A DNA stretch of 64,000 nt from an uncultured bacterium. Its GTDB lineage: Bacteria; Patescibacteriota; Saccharimonadia; UBA4664. The position numbers were made by a program, and so were the translations under genes. Below the pieces are notes generated by a model. The model did no database searches, was not told where the DNA came from, and was given only the letters and a program-made list of their open reading frames with translations. This document shows positions 54,502 through 63,800 of the stretch, piece by piece. Every line of letters begins with the position of its first letter. Position 1 is the first letter of the stretch. The DNA is taken from NCBI GenBank assembly GCA_963740635.1, contig CAVUEQ010000001.1:465026-529025 (forward strand), in the 5' to 3' direction.

Positions 54502-54573
54502 GCGGAGATAACCGCCTCATTATACGGGTTGTGCTCTGGATGGCCAAGTGGCATAATACGCCACCTGGACGGA

Positions 54574-55329
54574 CTAGGCCGTCTTGGTGCGGTAGACGCG
54601 CAGTGCGAAGTAATACGATATTGCGAGCAGGGCGGCGCACCAGGCCACGGCGGTCCAGGCGCTGGGGCCGGCGGTGCCGTTGACCAGCAGCGAGCGCATG
54701 GTTTCGATGATGGGCGTCATGGGCTGGTGATCGGCGAAGGCGCGCAGCGGGGCGGCCATTGAACCGGTGGGAGTGAAGCCGGAGCTGATGAACACGAGCA
54801 GCAGCAGAATGTAGCTGAAGCCGCCGGCGCCTTCGGCCGATTTGGCGAGCAGGCCGAATACCAGGGCCAGCCAGGTGGTGGCGACCGTGAAGAGCGTGAG
54901 GATACCGGCAAACTCGAGCCAGGGCATCAGGCCGGCCGGCGAGCGGAACCCGACCAGGAAAGCCACCAGCAGCACCAGTGACACCGAGAACAGGTTGGAC
55001 AGCACCGACGAGACGGCGTGGCCGCCCAGAATGGATGACGGCGCCACGGGCATACTGCGGAAGCGGTTGATGATGCCCTTGGTCAAGTCGTTATTAAGGC
55101 GCAGCGCCGCGTAGGCAATGCCGCTGACCACGCACATGATTATGACGCCTGGCGTCACGAAGTTAATGTATTTGACGGAGCCGGTGTGAATTTGGGTGCC
55201 GAAGACGTACACGAACAGCAGCATCATAGCGATGGGTGTAGCCGCCACCGTAATTATTGTGTCCATGCTGCGGACAGTGTGGCGCAGGCTGCGCTTGGCC
55301 ATTACAAGGGTGTCAGACAGTGCTTGCAT
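54574..55329 (-). CDS. ABC-2 type exporter permease
   Basis: 251 aa, 6 TM helices, DrrB-like organisation. Overlaps the upstream ATPase gene. Confidence 0.85.
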   Translation of the reverse strand: MQALSDTLVMAKRSLRHTVRSMDTIITVAATPIAMMLLFVYVFGTQIHTGSVKYINFVTPGVIIMCVVSGIAYAALRLNNDLTKGIINRFRSMPVAPSSILGGHAVSSVLSNLFSVSLVLLVAFLVGFRSPAGLMPWLEFAGILTLFTVATTWLALVFGLLAKSAEGAGGFSYILLLLVFISSGFTPTGSMAAPLRAFADHQPMTPIIETMRSLLVNGTAGPSAWTAVAWCAALLAISYYFALRVYRTKTA

Positions 55330-56296
55330 GTTTGGTCTCCTCGTGTTCGTTAATGATTTTTAGGAACGCATCGTCGAGTGTCGGCGATTTTTGCGAAAAT
55401 TCGGTGACCTCAATGTTCGCGGCTTGGATGTGGTTGAAAATGCGGGCGATCTGGGCCACGCTGCCGTCGGTGGCGATGGTGAGAGCGAGGTTGTCCTGGT
55501 CGGCCGTAGCATTGTAGCCCTGGAGCAGGGCGGCCGAGGCGGCTAGCTGCTTGCGGCTAGCGAACTTGAGCTCGATGTGGCCGTGGGGCAGCAGCTGCTT
55601 GAGCTGCTGCGGGGTGCCGTGGGCCACGATTTTGCCCTGGCTCAGGATGGCGATCTGGTCGGCCAGGCGGTCGGCTTCGTCGAGGTACTGGGTGGTGAGG
55701 AAAACAGTGGTACCGGTTTTGGCGAGCGTCTCAATTTTGTCCCACATCATGTTTCGGCTTTGCGGGTCGAGGCCGGTAGTAGGCTCGTCGAAAAAGATCA
55801 CCGACGGGTCGCCGATGAGGCTCATCGCGATGTCGAGCCGCCGGCGCATGCCGCCCGAGAATTCGGCGGTGCGGCGGCCGGCGGCGTCGGTGAGGTCGAA
55901 CTGCTCGAGCAGAGCCGTGGCGGTGGCGGCCGGGTCTTTTTGGTGGCGCAGCTGGGCGATGAGCACCAGGTTTTCGCGGGCGGTCAGTACGTCGTCGATG
56001 GCGGCGAACTGGCCGGTGAGACTGATGACCTCGCGGACCTTTTCGGGTTGCCGCGCCACGTCGTGGCCGTCGACCGTAGCGGCGCCGCCGTCGGCCGGGA
56101 TCAGGGTGGTCAAAATGTTAATGGTGGTGGTTTTGCCGGCGCCGTTACTGCCGAGCAGGGCGAAGATGCTCCCCCGCTCGACCGTGAACGACACATCGCG
56201 CAAAACGGTCACTTTGCCGTAGGATTTTTGTAATTTCGTGGCCGCGATGGCGGCAGAACGCTTTTCCATGCTGCCTCTAGACGATATTAATGTCAT
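55313..56296 (-). CDS. ABC transporter ATP-binding protein (DrrA-like)
   Basis: Walker A GSNGAGKTT, signature FSGGMRRRL, Walker B VIFFDEPTTGLD. The start may be ATG 56269. Confidence 0.9.
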   Translation of the reverse strand: MTLISSRGSMEKRSAAIAATKLQKSYGKVTVLRDVSFTVERGSIFALLGSNGAGKTTTINILTTLIPADGGAATVDGHDVARQPEKVREVISLTGQFAAIDDVLTARENLVLIAQLRHQKDPAATATALLEQFDLTDAAGRRTAEFSGGMRRRLDIAMSLIGDPSVIFFDEPTTGLDPQSRNMMWDKIETLAKTGTTVFLTTQYLDEADRLADQIAILSQGKIVAHGTPQQLKQLLPHGHIELKFASRKQLAASAALLQGYNATADQDNLALTIATDGSVAQIARIFNHIQAANIEVTEFSQKSPTLDDAFLKIINEHEETKHASTV

Positions 56297-57122
56297 TTAA
56301 TGTGGCCTTGGCTCCTTTGAGTAAGGCGTAGGTAACCTTGTCCATGGTTGCGCCGTCGAAAATGGCGTGCTTGACCGCGCTGTGGTGGAACGAGACATTC
56401 CGCAGCACCGTGCCCCGAAATGAGGTTTTCTTGAGAGACGAGCCATTAAATATCACACCGTCGAGGGTCATGCCATCGAAGACTATCTCGCTCAGGTCAG
56501 ATTGGTTAAACTCGGTGTTTACCAGAGTGGCGCCTTTGAAGCTAGCCCCTTTAAAGGCCGAGGCTTTGAGCTTGGTTCCGTTGAGGTTGGCGCCGTCGAA
56601 GTTGGCCCTGGACTGATCGCTAGCCCTTAGCTCGGCACCAGAGAGGTCGGCGTTTTTGAAATTGGCACCGCTGAGGTCGGAGCCGGATATTTTAGCACCA
56701 GTGAGATTGGCGCCTGCGAAGGTAGAGGCCTTGAGGTCGCTACCGGACAGGTTTGCACCGGCTAGATTGGCCTCGTCAAAGTCGCTTTCCTTGAGGGCTG
56801 AGCCCTTTAGATTGGCCTGGCGAAGGTTGGTACCAGCCAGGTCGGAGCCGGGGAGGTTGGAACCCCCGAGATTGCGGCCGGCGGGTGCTGTGCCGTTGGT
56901 GCCGGCGTCGTCGTGGGGCACGTGCTCCATGATTTCGGCCACGTCGCCGAACGAATCGACCGCTGCCTGGTAGGCCTCTTCGTCGGTTTTGCCTTGGCGC
57001 TTGAGGTCGTCATACTTCTCCATCAAGTTGGCGAGCAACTCCTGGGTAACGTCGGAACGGGCCGGGAAGTCCCCGTAGGGCTTGAAGGCTTCGTCTAGAT
57101 ATTTTTTGAACTTATCTTCCAT
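56277..57122 (-). CDS. pentapeptide-repeat protein with DUF1700-like N-terminus
   Basis: N-terminal MEDKFKKYLDEAFKPYGDFP..EEAYQAAVDSFGDVAEI, then about 35 A(D/N)LxG-type pentapeptide units. Confidence 0.85.
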   Translation of the reverse strand: MEDKFKKYLDEAFKPYGDFPARSDVTQELLANLMEKYDDLKRQGKTDEEAYQAAVDSFGDVAEIMEHVPHDDAGTNGTAPAGRNLGGSNLPGSDLAGTNLRQANLKGSALKESDFDEANLAGANLSGSDLKASTFAGANLTGAKISGSDLSGANFKNADLSGAELRASDQSRANFDGANLNGTKLKASAFKGASFKGATLVNTEFNQSDLSEIVFDGMTLDGVIFNGSSLKKTSFRGTVLRNVSFHHSAVKHAIFDGATMDKVTYALLKGAKATLNDINIV

Positions 57123-57133
57123 AATTTTCCTCC

Positions 57134-57463
57134 TTACAGAAGCTGGTCCAGGATCCGCTTGGCGGAATCCCAGTTACGTTTATTTGACGCGTAAAGGCGG
57201 CGGCCGCTCTCGGTCAGGCGGTAATACTTGCGCCGCCCGCCCTGAGTCTCGTCGCCCCAATACGAAGTGATGTGGCCGTCATTTTCGAGTCGCTTGAGGC
57301 TCGAATACATAGTGGCCTCTTTGAGTTCGTATTGGCGGTCGGATTGATCGTACACGAGCTTGGTTATTTCGTAGCCGTACTTGTCGCCACCAGCCAGGAG
57401 ACCCAGGATGATGGTGTCGGTGTGACCGCGAAGTAAGTCTGATGTGATGGATTTATCTACCAT
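57134..57463 (-). CDS. PadR-family transcriptional regulator
   Basis: LLRGHTDTIILGLLAGGDKYGYEITKLV..SLKRLENDGHITSYW. Start at MVDKS (ATG 57463). Confidence 0.85.
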   Translation of the reverse strand: MVDKSITSDLLRGHTDTIILGLLAGGDKYGYEITKLVYDQSDRQYELKEATMYSSLKRLENDGHITSYWGDETQGGRRKYYRLTESGRRLYASNKRNWDSAKRILDQLL

Positions 57464-57586
57464 GATTGCAGTGTATGCCACATTACTATGCCTGTCAAGG
57501 TACTTGGCCAAAGAAAATCACCAGGCCGCGTTGGGTTGCTCAGGCTTTGGCTCTGTTAAGCACTAAACTATCGCTAGGAAGCCGCG

Positions 57587-58180
57587 TTACTCTCCTACCG
57601 TGCCGGTCTTGACCTCGCCGGCGCGCTTGTAGTTGGCCATGATTACCCCGCTTGGCATAACCGTACTTTCGGTCACCGTGAACGCAGCCGGAATCGTGCC
57701 TTCTGCAAGCAGTTTTTGGCCGCTGCCAAGCGTTAGTGGGTAGGTAACGAGCCGGAGTTCGTCCACTAAATCATGCTTCAGTAGCAGCTGAATAAGCTTG
57801 CCGCTGCCCCAGACATGGAGGTCAGAACCACCAGAATCTTTAAGCTTCTTGATATCGTCCACGGTTTTGAGGAATTTGGTGTGCTTCCAATCTGACCTAT
57901 CTAAGGTGTTACTGAGCACATACTTCATACCGTCATTTATTCCCGGCCAAACCTCAGCGTGCTGCGGCCAGTAACCGGCAAAAATATCAAATGTTTTTCT
58001 GCCCAACAGATATTCTGCGGGCTGCATGTTCTTTTGGAAGAACTCACTCCCGTTATCGTCGGCATAAGGTGCGGTCCAACCCCCATATTTGAAACCATTT
58101 GACGGATCTTCCTCGGGCCCGCCAGGTGCTTGCATTACACCATCTAGAGTAATCATTGTTATGACGATTATTTTTCTCAT
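57587..58180 (-). CDS. dihydrofolate-reductase-like (RibD C-terminal domain) family protein
   Basis: MRKIIVITMITLDGVMQAPGGPEED..LHVWGSGKLIQLLLKHDLVDELRLVTYPLTLGSG. Confidence 0.8.
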   Translation of the reverse strand: MRKIIVITMITLDGVMQAPGGPEEDPSNGFKYGGWTAPYADDNGSEFFQKNMQPAEYLLGRKTFDIFAGYWPQHAEVWPGINDGMKYVLSNTLDRSDWKHTKFLKTVDDIKKLKDSGGSDLHVWGSGKLIQLLLKHDLVDELRLVTYPLTLGSGQKLLAEGTIPAAFTVTESTVMPSGVIMANYKRAGEVKTGTVGE

Positions 58181-58258
58181 TTACGGTCCCTCCCATATAA
58201 ATATTTCACAAATTCCCTTTTTCAGAGTTGTAAACTGCTAGGCTGCGATTCTACAGCA

Positions 58259-58675
58259 TCACGATGAGTGATTAAGAGTCGCCTCGTTGGGGGTTATATC
58301 AAACTCGCCGGATTCAAAATCAAAGGCGATGCGAAAGTGGTCGAAAAAGCCGCGCTGACCGGCCAGGCCAGCTAGCTCAAGATGTGGCACGTCCGCAAAG
58401 GCGGCCGTTGTCTCGAAGCTCAAACCTCCAACGGAGAGGGTGACGGGGTGCATGTAGAATGTCTCTGCCTCGCCAGTTGCGCCTCTAACCGTCAGAGGCC
58501 TGCCATTATCAAGGTTTATCCCAAGATCATTTGCAAGTGAGGCGCTGAACACGTTAATGTCAGCGCCTGAGTCAACGAGCGTCAAATATGGCGTTTCGCG
58601 GCCGCCGTGCCATACGGTAATTTCAGCGTAAGGTCGCTCAAACGAACTGTTGAGCGTGGTGTATTTTAGCTTCAC
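58259..58675 (-). CDS. retropepsin-like aspartic protease
   Basis: LVDSGADINVF (the D-S/T-G catalytic motif). 138 aa, single lobe. Confidence 0.75.
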   Translation of the reverse strand: MKLKYTTLNSSFERPYAEITVWHGGRETPYLTLVDSGADINVFSASLANDLGINLDNGRPLTVRGATGEAETFYMHPVTLSVGGLSFETTAAFADVPHLELAGLAGQRGFFDHFRIAFDFESGEFDITPNEATLNHSS

Positions 58676-58678
58676 CGG

Positions 58679-58876
58679 CTATCCAGCAAATGCCGTTAGC
58701 TCTTCTGGAAACTTCAACACTAACGGGTGCGGGTGCCCAAGTTTAGCGGCCGCCTCTTTAACCTCGCGCCGTGAGCTGCCATTCGCAATTGCCGTCATCC
58801 GATCATCCGCTAATGCGACCCATTGCCCTCGGTATTTCTGATACAACTTGCTCCAATCTCGTGTTGTTCGTGTCAT
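58679..58876 (-). CDS. DUF5678-like small protein
   Basis: 65 aa, ..YRGQWVALADDRMTAIANGSSRREVKEAA... Lies 3 nt upstream of the protease gene. Confidence 0.55.
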   Translation of the reverse strand: MTRTTRDWSKLYQKYRGQWVALADDRMTAIANGSSRREVKEAAAKLGHPHPLVLKFPEELTAFAG

Positions 58877-58913
58877 CCCGTTGTTCCCTATTTGAACTCA
58901 ATTATACCATGTT

Positions 58914-59141
58914 TCAGATACGATCATCTGATATTGCCTCGTTTGTCTTCTCTTGACCGTCACTGCTCTCCTTGGCGGTCTGCTTGTCTTTTTGTTCTTC
59001 GTTGTTGATATGAACCGCTAGCTCAACAAGCGCGGCTGCGAGCTTCTCGACGTCTAACGGCTTGCGCCTGACCGGACGCACCGTAACTCGGGAATTCTTA
59101 TATTTCCGCCGTTTTGGATCTACTTTCTTAAAGCTAGGCAA
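58914..59141 (-). CDS. hypothetical basic/acidic small protein
   Basis: 75 aa, TTG start, no Shine-Dalgarno. Weak coding evidence. Confidence 0.25.
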   Translation of the reverse strand: MPSFKKVDPKRRKYKNSRVTVRPVRRKPLDVEKLAAALVELAVHINNEEQKDKQTAKESSDGQEKTNEAISDDRI

Positions 59142-59155
59142 AGCCTAAGCCACGG

Positions 59156-59299
59156 TTGTCCCCTGCCCGGCGAAAGCTGAAGATTGAGCCGCTCGTAGCC
59201 GATTACAAGGCCGGAGGGTCACTTAGGGAGTTGGCTGTGAAGTATGGGGTTGATAGGAAGACGGTGGCGTTGCAGTTGCGTAGAGCGGGAGTGTATTAA
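59156..59299 (+). pseudogene. orphan helix-turn-helix remnant (resolvase/transposase-type HTH)
   Basis: Open frame 59138-59299 reads ..RRKLKIEPLVADYKAGGSLRELAVKYGVDRKTVALQLRRAGVY*. No catalytic domain and no ATG. Confidence 0.35.
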
Positions 59300-59342
59300 G
59301 ATTGCCCGCATGCCTAAGTCACTGCCTGAAAGCTGTGGCAGC

Positions 59343-59588
59343 TTAGGCATGGGCGACTTTGACCGGCACTACGAATTGACGTTTGTATTCAGACTCAATG
59401 GGCTCCAGGGTGTCATCCGAGTCTTCAAGATAAAGCTCAATTGCTTCCTTGATATTTTCGAGAGCCTCCTCGAGTGTTTCGCCCTGAGATGCGCAACCGG
59501 GCAAATCAGGTACCCAAACAGAGTACCCGCCATCAGTCTCTTCCTGGAAGACTGCCTGGTATTCAAGTGATAATTTATTGTCTTTCAT
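59343..59588 (-). CDS. hicB: HicB-family (UPF0150) antitoxin-like protein, no HicA partner visible
   Basis: YQAVFQEETDGGYSVWVPDLPGCASQGETLEEALENIKEAIELYLE. Confidence 0.75.
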   Translation of the reverse strand: MKDNKLSLEYQAVFQEETDGGYSVWVPDLPGCASQGETLEEALENIKEAIELYLEDSDDTLEPIESEYKRQFVVPVKVAHA

Positions 59589-59763
59589 ATAGTTCCTCGT
59601 TTAATCGTCGGCGTCTCGCTCGATTACGGGTGTATAGGCGTGGTCTTTCATGTCTTAATTATACACCTGTCGCCGTGCCTGAACGGGCCACCAAAAGGGA
59701 GCGGTTCCAGATGGACCTGTTGGCGAGCATATTTTTTGGCTTACGAAAGCCGAATAAGTGCTA

Positions 59764-59839
59764 TGGTGCGGGTACAGGGACTCAAACCCTGGACCTCCTC
59801 CTTGGCAAGGAGGCGCTCTATCAGCTGAGCTACACCCGC
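59764..59839 (-). tRNA. tRNA-Gly (anticodon GCC)
   Basis: GCGGGTG..anticodon arm CCTCC-TTGCCAA-GGAGG..T-arm CAGGG-TTTGAGT-CCCTG..CCA. Confidence 0.9.
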
Positions 59840-59852
59840 ATGAAAGTATATA

Positions 59853-59928
59853 TGGTGGCGAGACTCGGACTCGAACCGAGGACACGAGGCTCTTCAGGCC
59901 ACTGCTCTACCAACTGAGCTATCTCGCC
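59853..59928 (-). tRNA. tRNA-Phe (anticodon GAA)
   Basis: GGCGAGATAGCTCAGTTGGTAGAGC.. anticodon loop CTGAAGA.. T-arm CTCGG-TTCGAGT-CCGAG..TCTCGCCACCA. Confidence 0.9.
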
Positions 59929-60009
59929 GTGAGGTCGCCGCTAAGGCGCGGTACTGGCAAATAATACCCAAACTTAGGCGTTTTTTCAAGGCTGGCGGGT
60001 GGCCGGCCG

Positions 60010-60345
60010 TTAGCCTGAGACAGCTTTTTCCAGGCGCGCGATGCGGGCGTCGTGGTCGTCGAGCCGGGTGAAACTGTCGCGCTGGAGGAGATTAATAGCG
60101 GTGGTGAGCCGGCCTTCCATGCGGTCGAGATCGACTTTCGTTGCGAAACGGTCGAGATCCTTCTTGGTGGCGAAACGGTCGAGATCGACTTTCGTTGCGA
60201 AACGGTCGAGATCCTTCTTCGTGGCGCAACGGTCGAGATCCGCTTTGGTGGCGAAGTGACCGAGATCCTTTTTGGTCGCTAGACCTTCGACGGCTTTGCC
60301 CACAATGTTGTTGATGTTGTTAAGATCATCGGATGTAAGCGCCAT
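60010..60345 (-). CDS. small protein built from ATKxDLDRF nonapeptide repeats (DUF1640-like coiled coil, tentative)
   Basis: 111 aa. Six tandem 9-aa units flanked by short unique N- and C-termini. Confidence 0.65.
   Translation of the reverse strand: MALTSDDLNNINNIVGKAVEGLATKKDLGHFATKADLDRCATKKDLDRFATKVDLDRFATKKDLDRFATKVDLDRMEGRLTTAINLLQRDSFTRLDDHDARIARLEKAVSG
60118..60279 (-). repeat. six tandem 27-bp coding repeats
   Basis: ATKKDLGHF ATKADLDRC ATKKDLDRF ATKVDLDRF ATKKDLDRF ATKVDLDRM. The central 54-bp double unit is duplicated exactly. Confidence 0.85.
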
Positions 60346-60423
60346 GCGGGGTTCCCTTCTAAAGTTAGTATACCCCTTATTCCTGATCTGATTATACCGA
60401 ACAATTTGCGAACACGCAAAACC

Positions 60424-60861
60424 TTACTGGCTCAGGTCGCTGGCGCTGATGCTCACCGGCCCGACGTCCACCAGTTTGTGCAGGCTGGGCCGATAAATGT
60501 AGACTTTTTTGGCCTTGGTATAAATGAGCAGCCGGTCGCCGTTCTGGGCCTGAGCCAGGAATGGTTGGCTGGTGAGCTTGGTGTTATCGGTGACGGTGGC
60601 GACGACCGGGTCTTCGCCGGGCGGAAGAGTAATGTCTTTGGAGACGGCTTTGATGAGCCCCTGCGGGGAGGTGGCGGGAGATTGGGCGGCAAAGTGTAAC
60701 CACAGCCCGTAACCGGCGGCCAGGATGAGGACGGCGGCAGCGGCGAGCAAGAAAGGGCGGCGGAACCGGAGGAACTTGCGGAGTTTGCGGGGCGGGCGGC
60801 GGGCGGTCTGGCGCAGATCGATGGTAGCGCTTGGGGCCGACTGCTGGCGGGTGAATCTCAT
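60424..60861 (-). CDS. membrane-anchored hypothetical protein
   Basis: Arg-rich N-terminus, one TM helix (FLLAAAAVLILAAGYGLWL), about 90-aa ectodomain. Start overlaps the stop of the giant gene (ATGA). Confidence 0.55.
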   Translation of the reverse strand: MRFTRQQSAPSATIDLRQTARRPPRKLRKFLRFRRPFLLAAAAVLILAAGYGLWLHFAAQSPATSPQGLIKAVSKDITLPPGEDPVVATVTDNTKLTSQPFLAQAQNGDRLLIYTKAKKVYIYRPSLHKLVDVGPVSISASDLSQ

Positions 60862-63800
60862 CGGTCGGACTCGATATACATGCGCTGCATCATCATGTTT
60901 GAGATAGCAGCGCTTTCAGTCTCGATGCCCAAAGAGCCGCGCATGGCCGTGGCGCCCGCGGGCAGATTGGCGCTGGTGGAGCCTTCCTGGCTGGTGCCGG
61001 CGGTCATGTTGTCGATGCGCCAGTAGATGGTGCCGTTATTGGGATATGGCGGGGTGTAAATGTAGTAGTCATAGGCGCTGGTATCGACAAAGGGCAAGCC
61101 GGTGTCGATGAGGTTCTGGGTGGAGCCGTCTTTGGTGGAGAACATCCAGTCGGTATCGCCGCGGACCGACGAGTAACTGAAGCCGGCCCGGCTGCCGGAG
61201 TCGTTGTCGGAGCCGACGGATTGAGTGGTGGTACGGCTGGTAAGGCCGACGAAGATGCGGGCGCCGTTGGTGGTGGGGGTGCTGTCGGGAAGGGCTCCGC
61301 GGACCATGAAGAAGAAGCCGTTGGCGCCAACCTGCGAGCCGCGGAAGAACTGAGTGGAGTTAGTGCTGATACCGGAGTCGTTGCCGGATGCGGCGGTGGT
61401 AGCATATAGGGTCATGTAGCCGAAGTTCTCGGTCGCGGCTGGTGTACTGGGCGTACCGTCATAGGAGACGTTGGTGCCGAAGAAGTTGTTCTTGGCGGCG
61501 GACTGGGCGTTGATGATGGCGACCTGGTTTTGGAACAAGCTGGGCTGCAGCGGATAGTCGCGCCCGTTGGGGCCCATGACCTTGAGCATGACGCGCCCGG
61601 CGATGGCTTTGGCAAAGGTCATGAGGTGGCCGGCGGCCGGGACGGCGGGGTCGGCTTGGGCCGCCAGCTCGATGCCGCCGCCCTCGATGGCGAGTCCGAT
61701 ATCCCAGCCGGTGGCGATATTGATGGCGGTGTTGGTGCCGGCGCCGGAAGAGCCCGGACCTTCGAGCTTGAGGCCGTAGGCGCTGACGCCGCTAGCCGCG
61801 GGGGCGCCGGCCGCGATGCGCAGGCCGCTCCAGGTGCTGCCGGTGGTGCCGCCGGGCGTGTAATCAATGCGCAGGCCGGCGGCCTCGACCGCCGCGCTGC
61901 CGCCGAGGAAGCTGATGTGCTCGCCGTTGGCGTTGTCGGTGGCGACGCCGGAGGTGCCGGTGTTGTCCACGCTGAGCTGGTCCTCGGTGGGCGCCGACGC
62001 GGCGCTAACGGCGAACTTGCTGCCGCTCGACAGATTGACGGTGAGGTCCTGGCCGGCCACCGGATGCGCCACGATGCTGCCGGCGGGGTTGACGGTGAGC
62101 ACGTCGGCGGCGGAGCTTTGGACGGCGAAGCGGCCGTTGGTGCTGCAGCTGGTGGTGCACTCGAGGTTGAAGAGAATGTTGGGGTCGGTGGCTTGGTCGG
62201 TGGCGTCAATTTCGAAATCTTTGCCGCTGGCGAGTGCGATGGCCGCGGGCGAGGAGCTGGCGTCGTAGGCGTCCTGGAGGTCGCCGCCGGAAGCGGCCGC
62301 GCAAGTGCCGCCGGTGGTGATGCCGCCGACGACGGTTTGGTCTTGGAGGAACTGGCCGCCCGAGCAGGTGGCGGCGGCGCCGGAGCTGGCCCCGGCGGTG
62401 TAGACGCCGCCGACGCCGACGCCGATGGAGCCGCTGACGGCCAGGTTGGCGACATTGGAGCCGTTGGAGTTGGAGACCGTGAGGGTGGAGAGGCCGGCGG
62501 TGGCGAGGTCGAGCGTGAGGGCGTTGGCGGCTTTTTGGAGGGTAGTGACGTTGCTGCCCAGGATGACGGTGTTGCCGCCGGAGCCGCCGGTGTTGAGCGT
62601 GAGGTTCTGGCCGGAGGCGGCGGCCAGAGTGACGGCGCCGGAGCCGGTGGCGAGGTTGGTGGGGTTGAGGCTGGTGAGGTTTTGGCCGGAGAGCGCGGGA
62701 AGATGGCCGGAGCTGTCGTTTTCCACGAGTTGGGAGGTGCCGTTAAAGGAGTCTCCGTGGTGTGTGAGCGAAGCGTCGTTGGAGAGGTCGGTGCTGGCGA
62801 GCGGGGTGCCATTAATGTTGTAATGCTGGCCCGAGGCGATGTTGAGGCTGCCGGAAACGTCGAGGTTGGCGACGTGGGCGCCGTTGGTGTTTTTGACGTA
62901 GAGGGTGGAGGTGGCGGCGTCGTTTAAGTCGAAGTTGAGGCTGGCCTGGCCGGTGGTCTGGAGGGTGGCGGCGGCGATGCCGATGGTGCCGGACCCGGAG
63001 GTGAGGGTGAGCGCGCCGGTGCCGGCGGCTTGGACATTGAGGTTGGCGCCCGAGGCCGAGGTGAGGAGCGGGGCTTGCAGGCTGGTGCCGAAGTAGCCGG
63101 TGCGCCAGAGGTGGGTGGAGTCGCCGAGGTCGCGGTTGTTGGCCGTGGCGTCGGGCGAGATGTTGGCGTTGACGGCCGTGGAGGCCAGGTTGTCGAGAGC
63201 GGTGGTGGCTCCCCCGCCCGCGCCCACGGACGCGCAGGTGGGCGCGGTGGTTAGCACGCCGCCGGTGAAGGTGGCGGCGGTGACGGCCTGGCCGGCGCTG
63301 CAGGACACGGTGGAACTTTGGCCGGTACTGGCGCCGACGTTGTAGGTCTGGCCCGAAGCGACAGTGACGCTGCCGGAGGTTGAGATACCGGCGTTGGTGA
63401 CGGCCAGATAGGTAGTGGAGCCGGAGTTGTCCTGCACTTCCAGTAGGTTGCCGCCGATGCCGCCGGACGAATCGCGGACGGTGAGGCCGCCGTTGGTGGA
63501 ATCGACGGTGAATTCGGTGCTGGAGGACAGGTTGTAGGCGTCTTGGAGGGTTTCGGAGCTGGAACCGCCGGAGGTGTCGGCCGCGGGGGTGTAGACGGTG
63601 ATCTTGAGGTAGCCGTCGCCGCCGGCGCCGCCGGCCCGGGAGGTGGCAGAGGCGGTGTTTTGGCCGGCGCCTGACCCGCCGCCGCCGGTGGTGCCGGGGT
63701 TGCCCGCGGCCGCCGCGGTGGCGATGCCGATGCCGCCGCCCGCTCCGCCGCCGCAGCCACTTTGGAGGCCGGCGGTGGCGGCGGTGGAGTCGCAGCCCGG

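Noticed and set aside
59601-59651. 16-codon ORF upstream of hicB, considered as a possible HicA toxin.
   Set aside because: Far too short for HicA, and the sequence looks like a HicB N-terminus instead. It is recorded as a probable duplicated or truncated fragment.
60118-60279. Possible CRISPR array or other non-coding repeat array (also considered for 18796..18854).
   Set aside because: The repeats are contiguous with no spacers, have 27-bp and 15-bp periods, lie in frame within or next to ORFs, and have no cas genes nearby.
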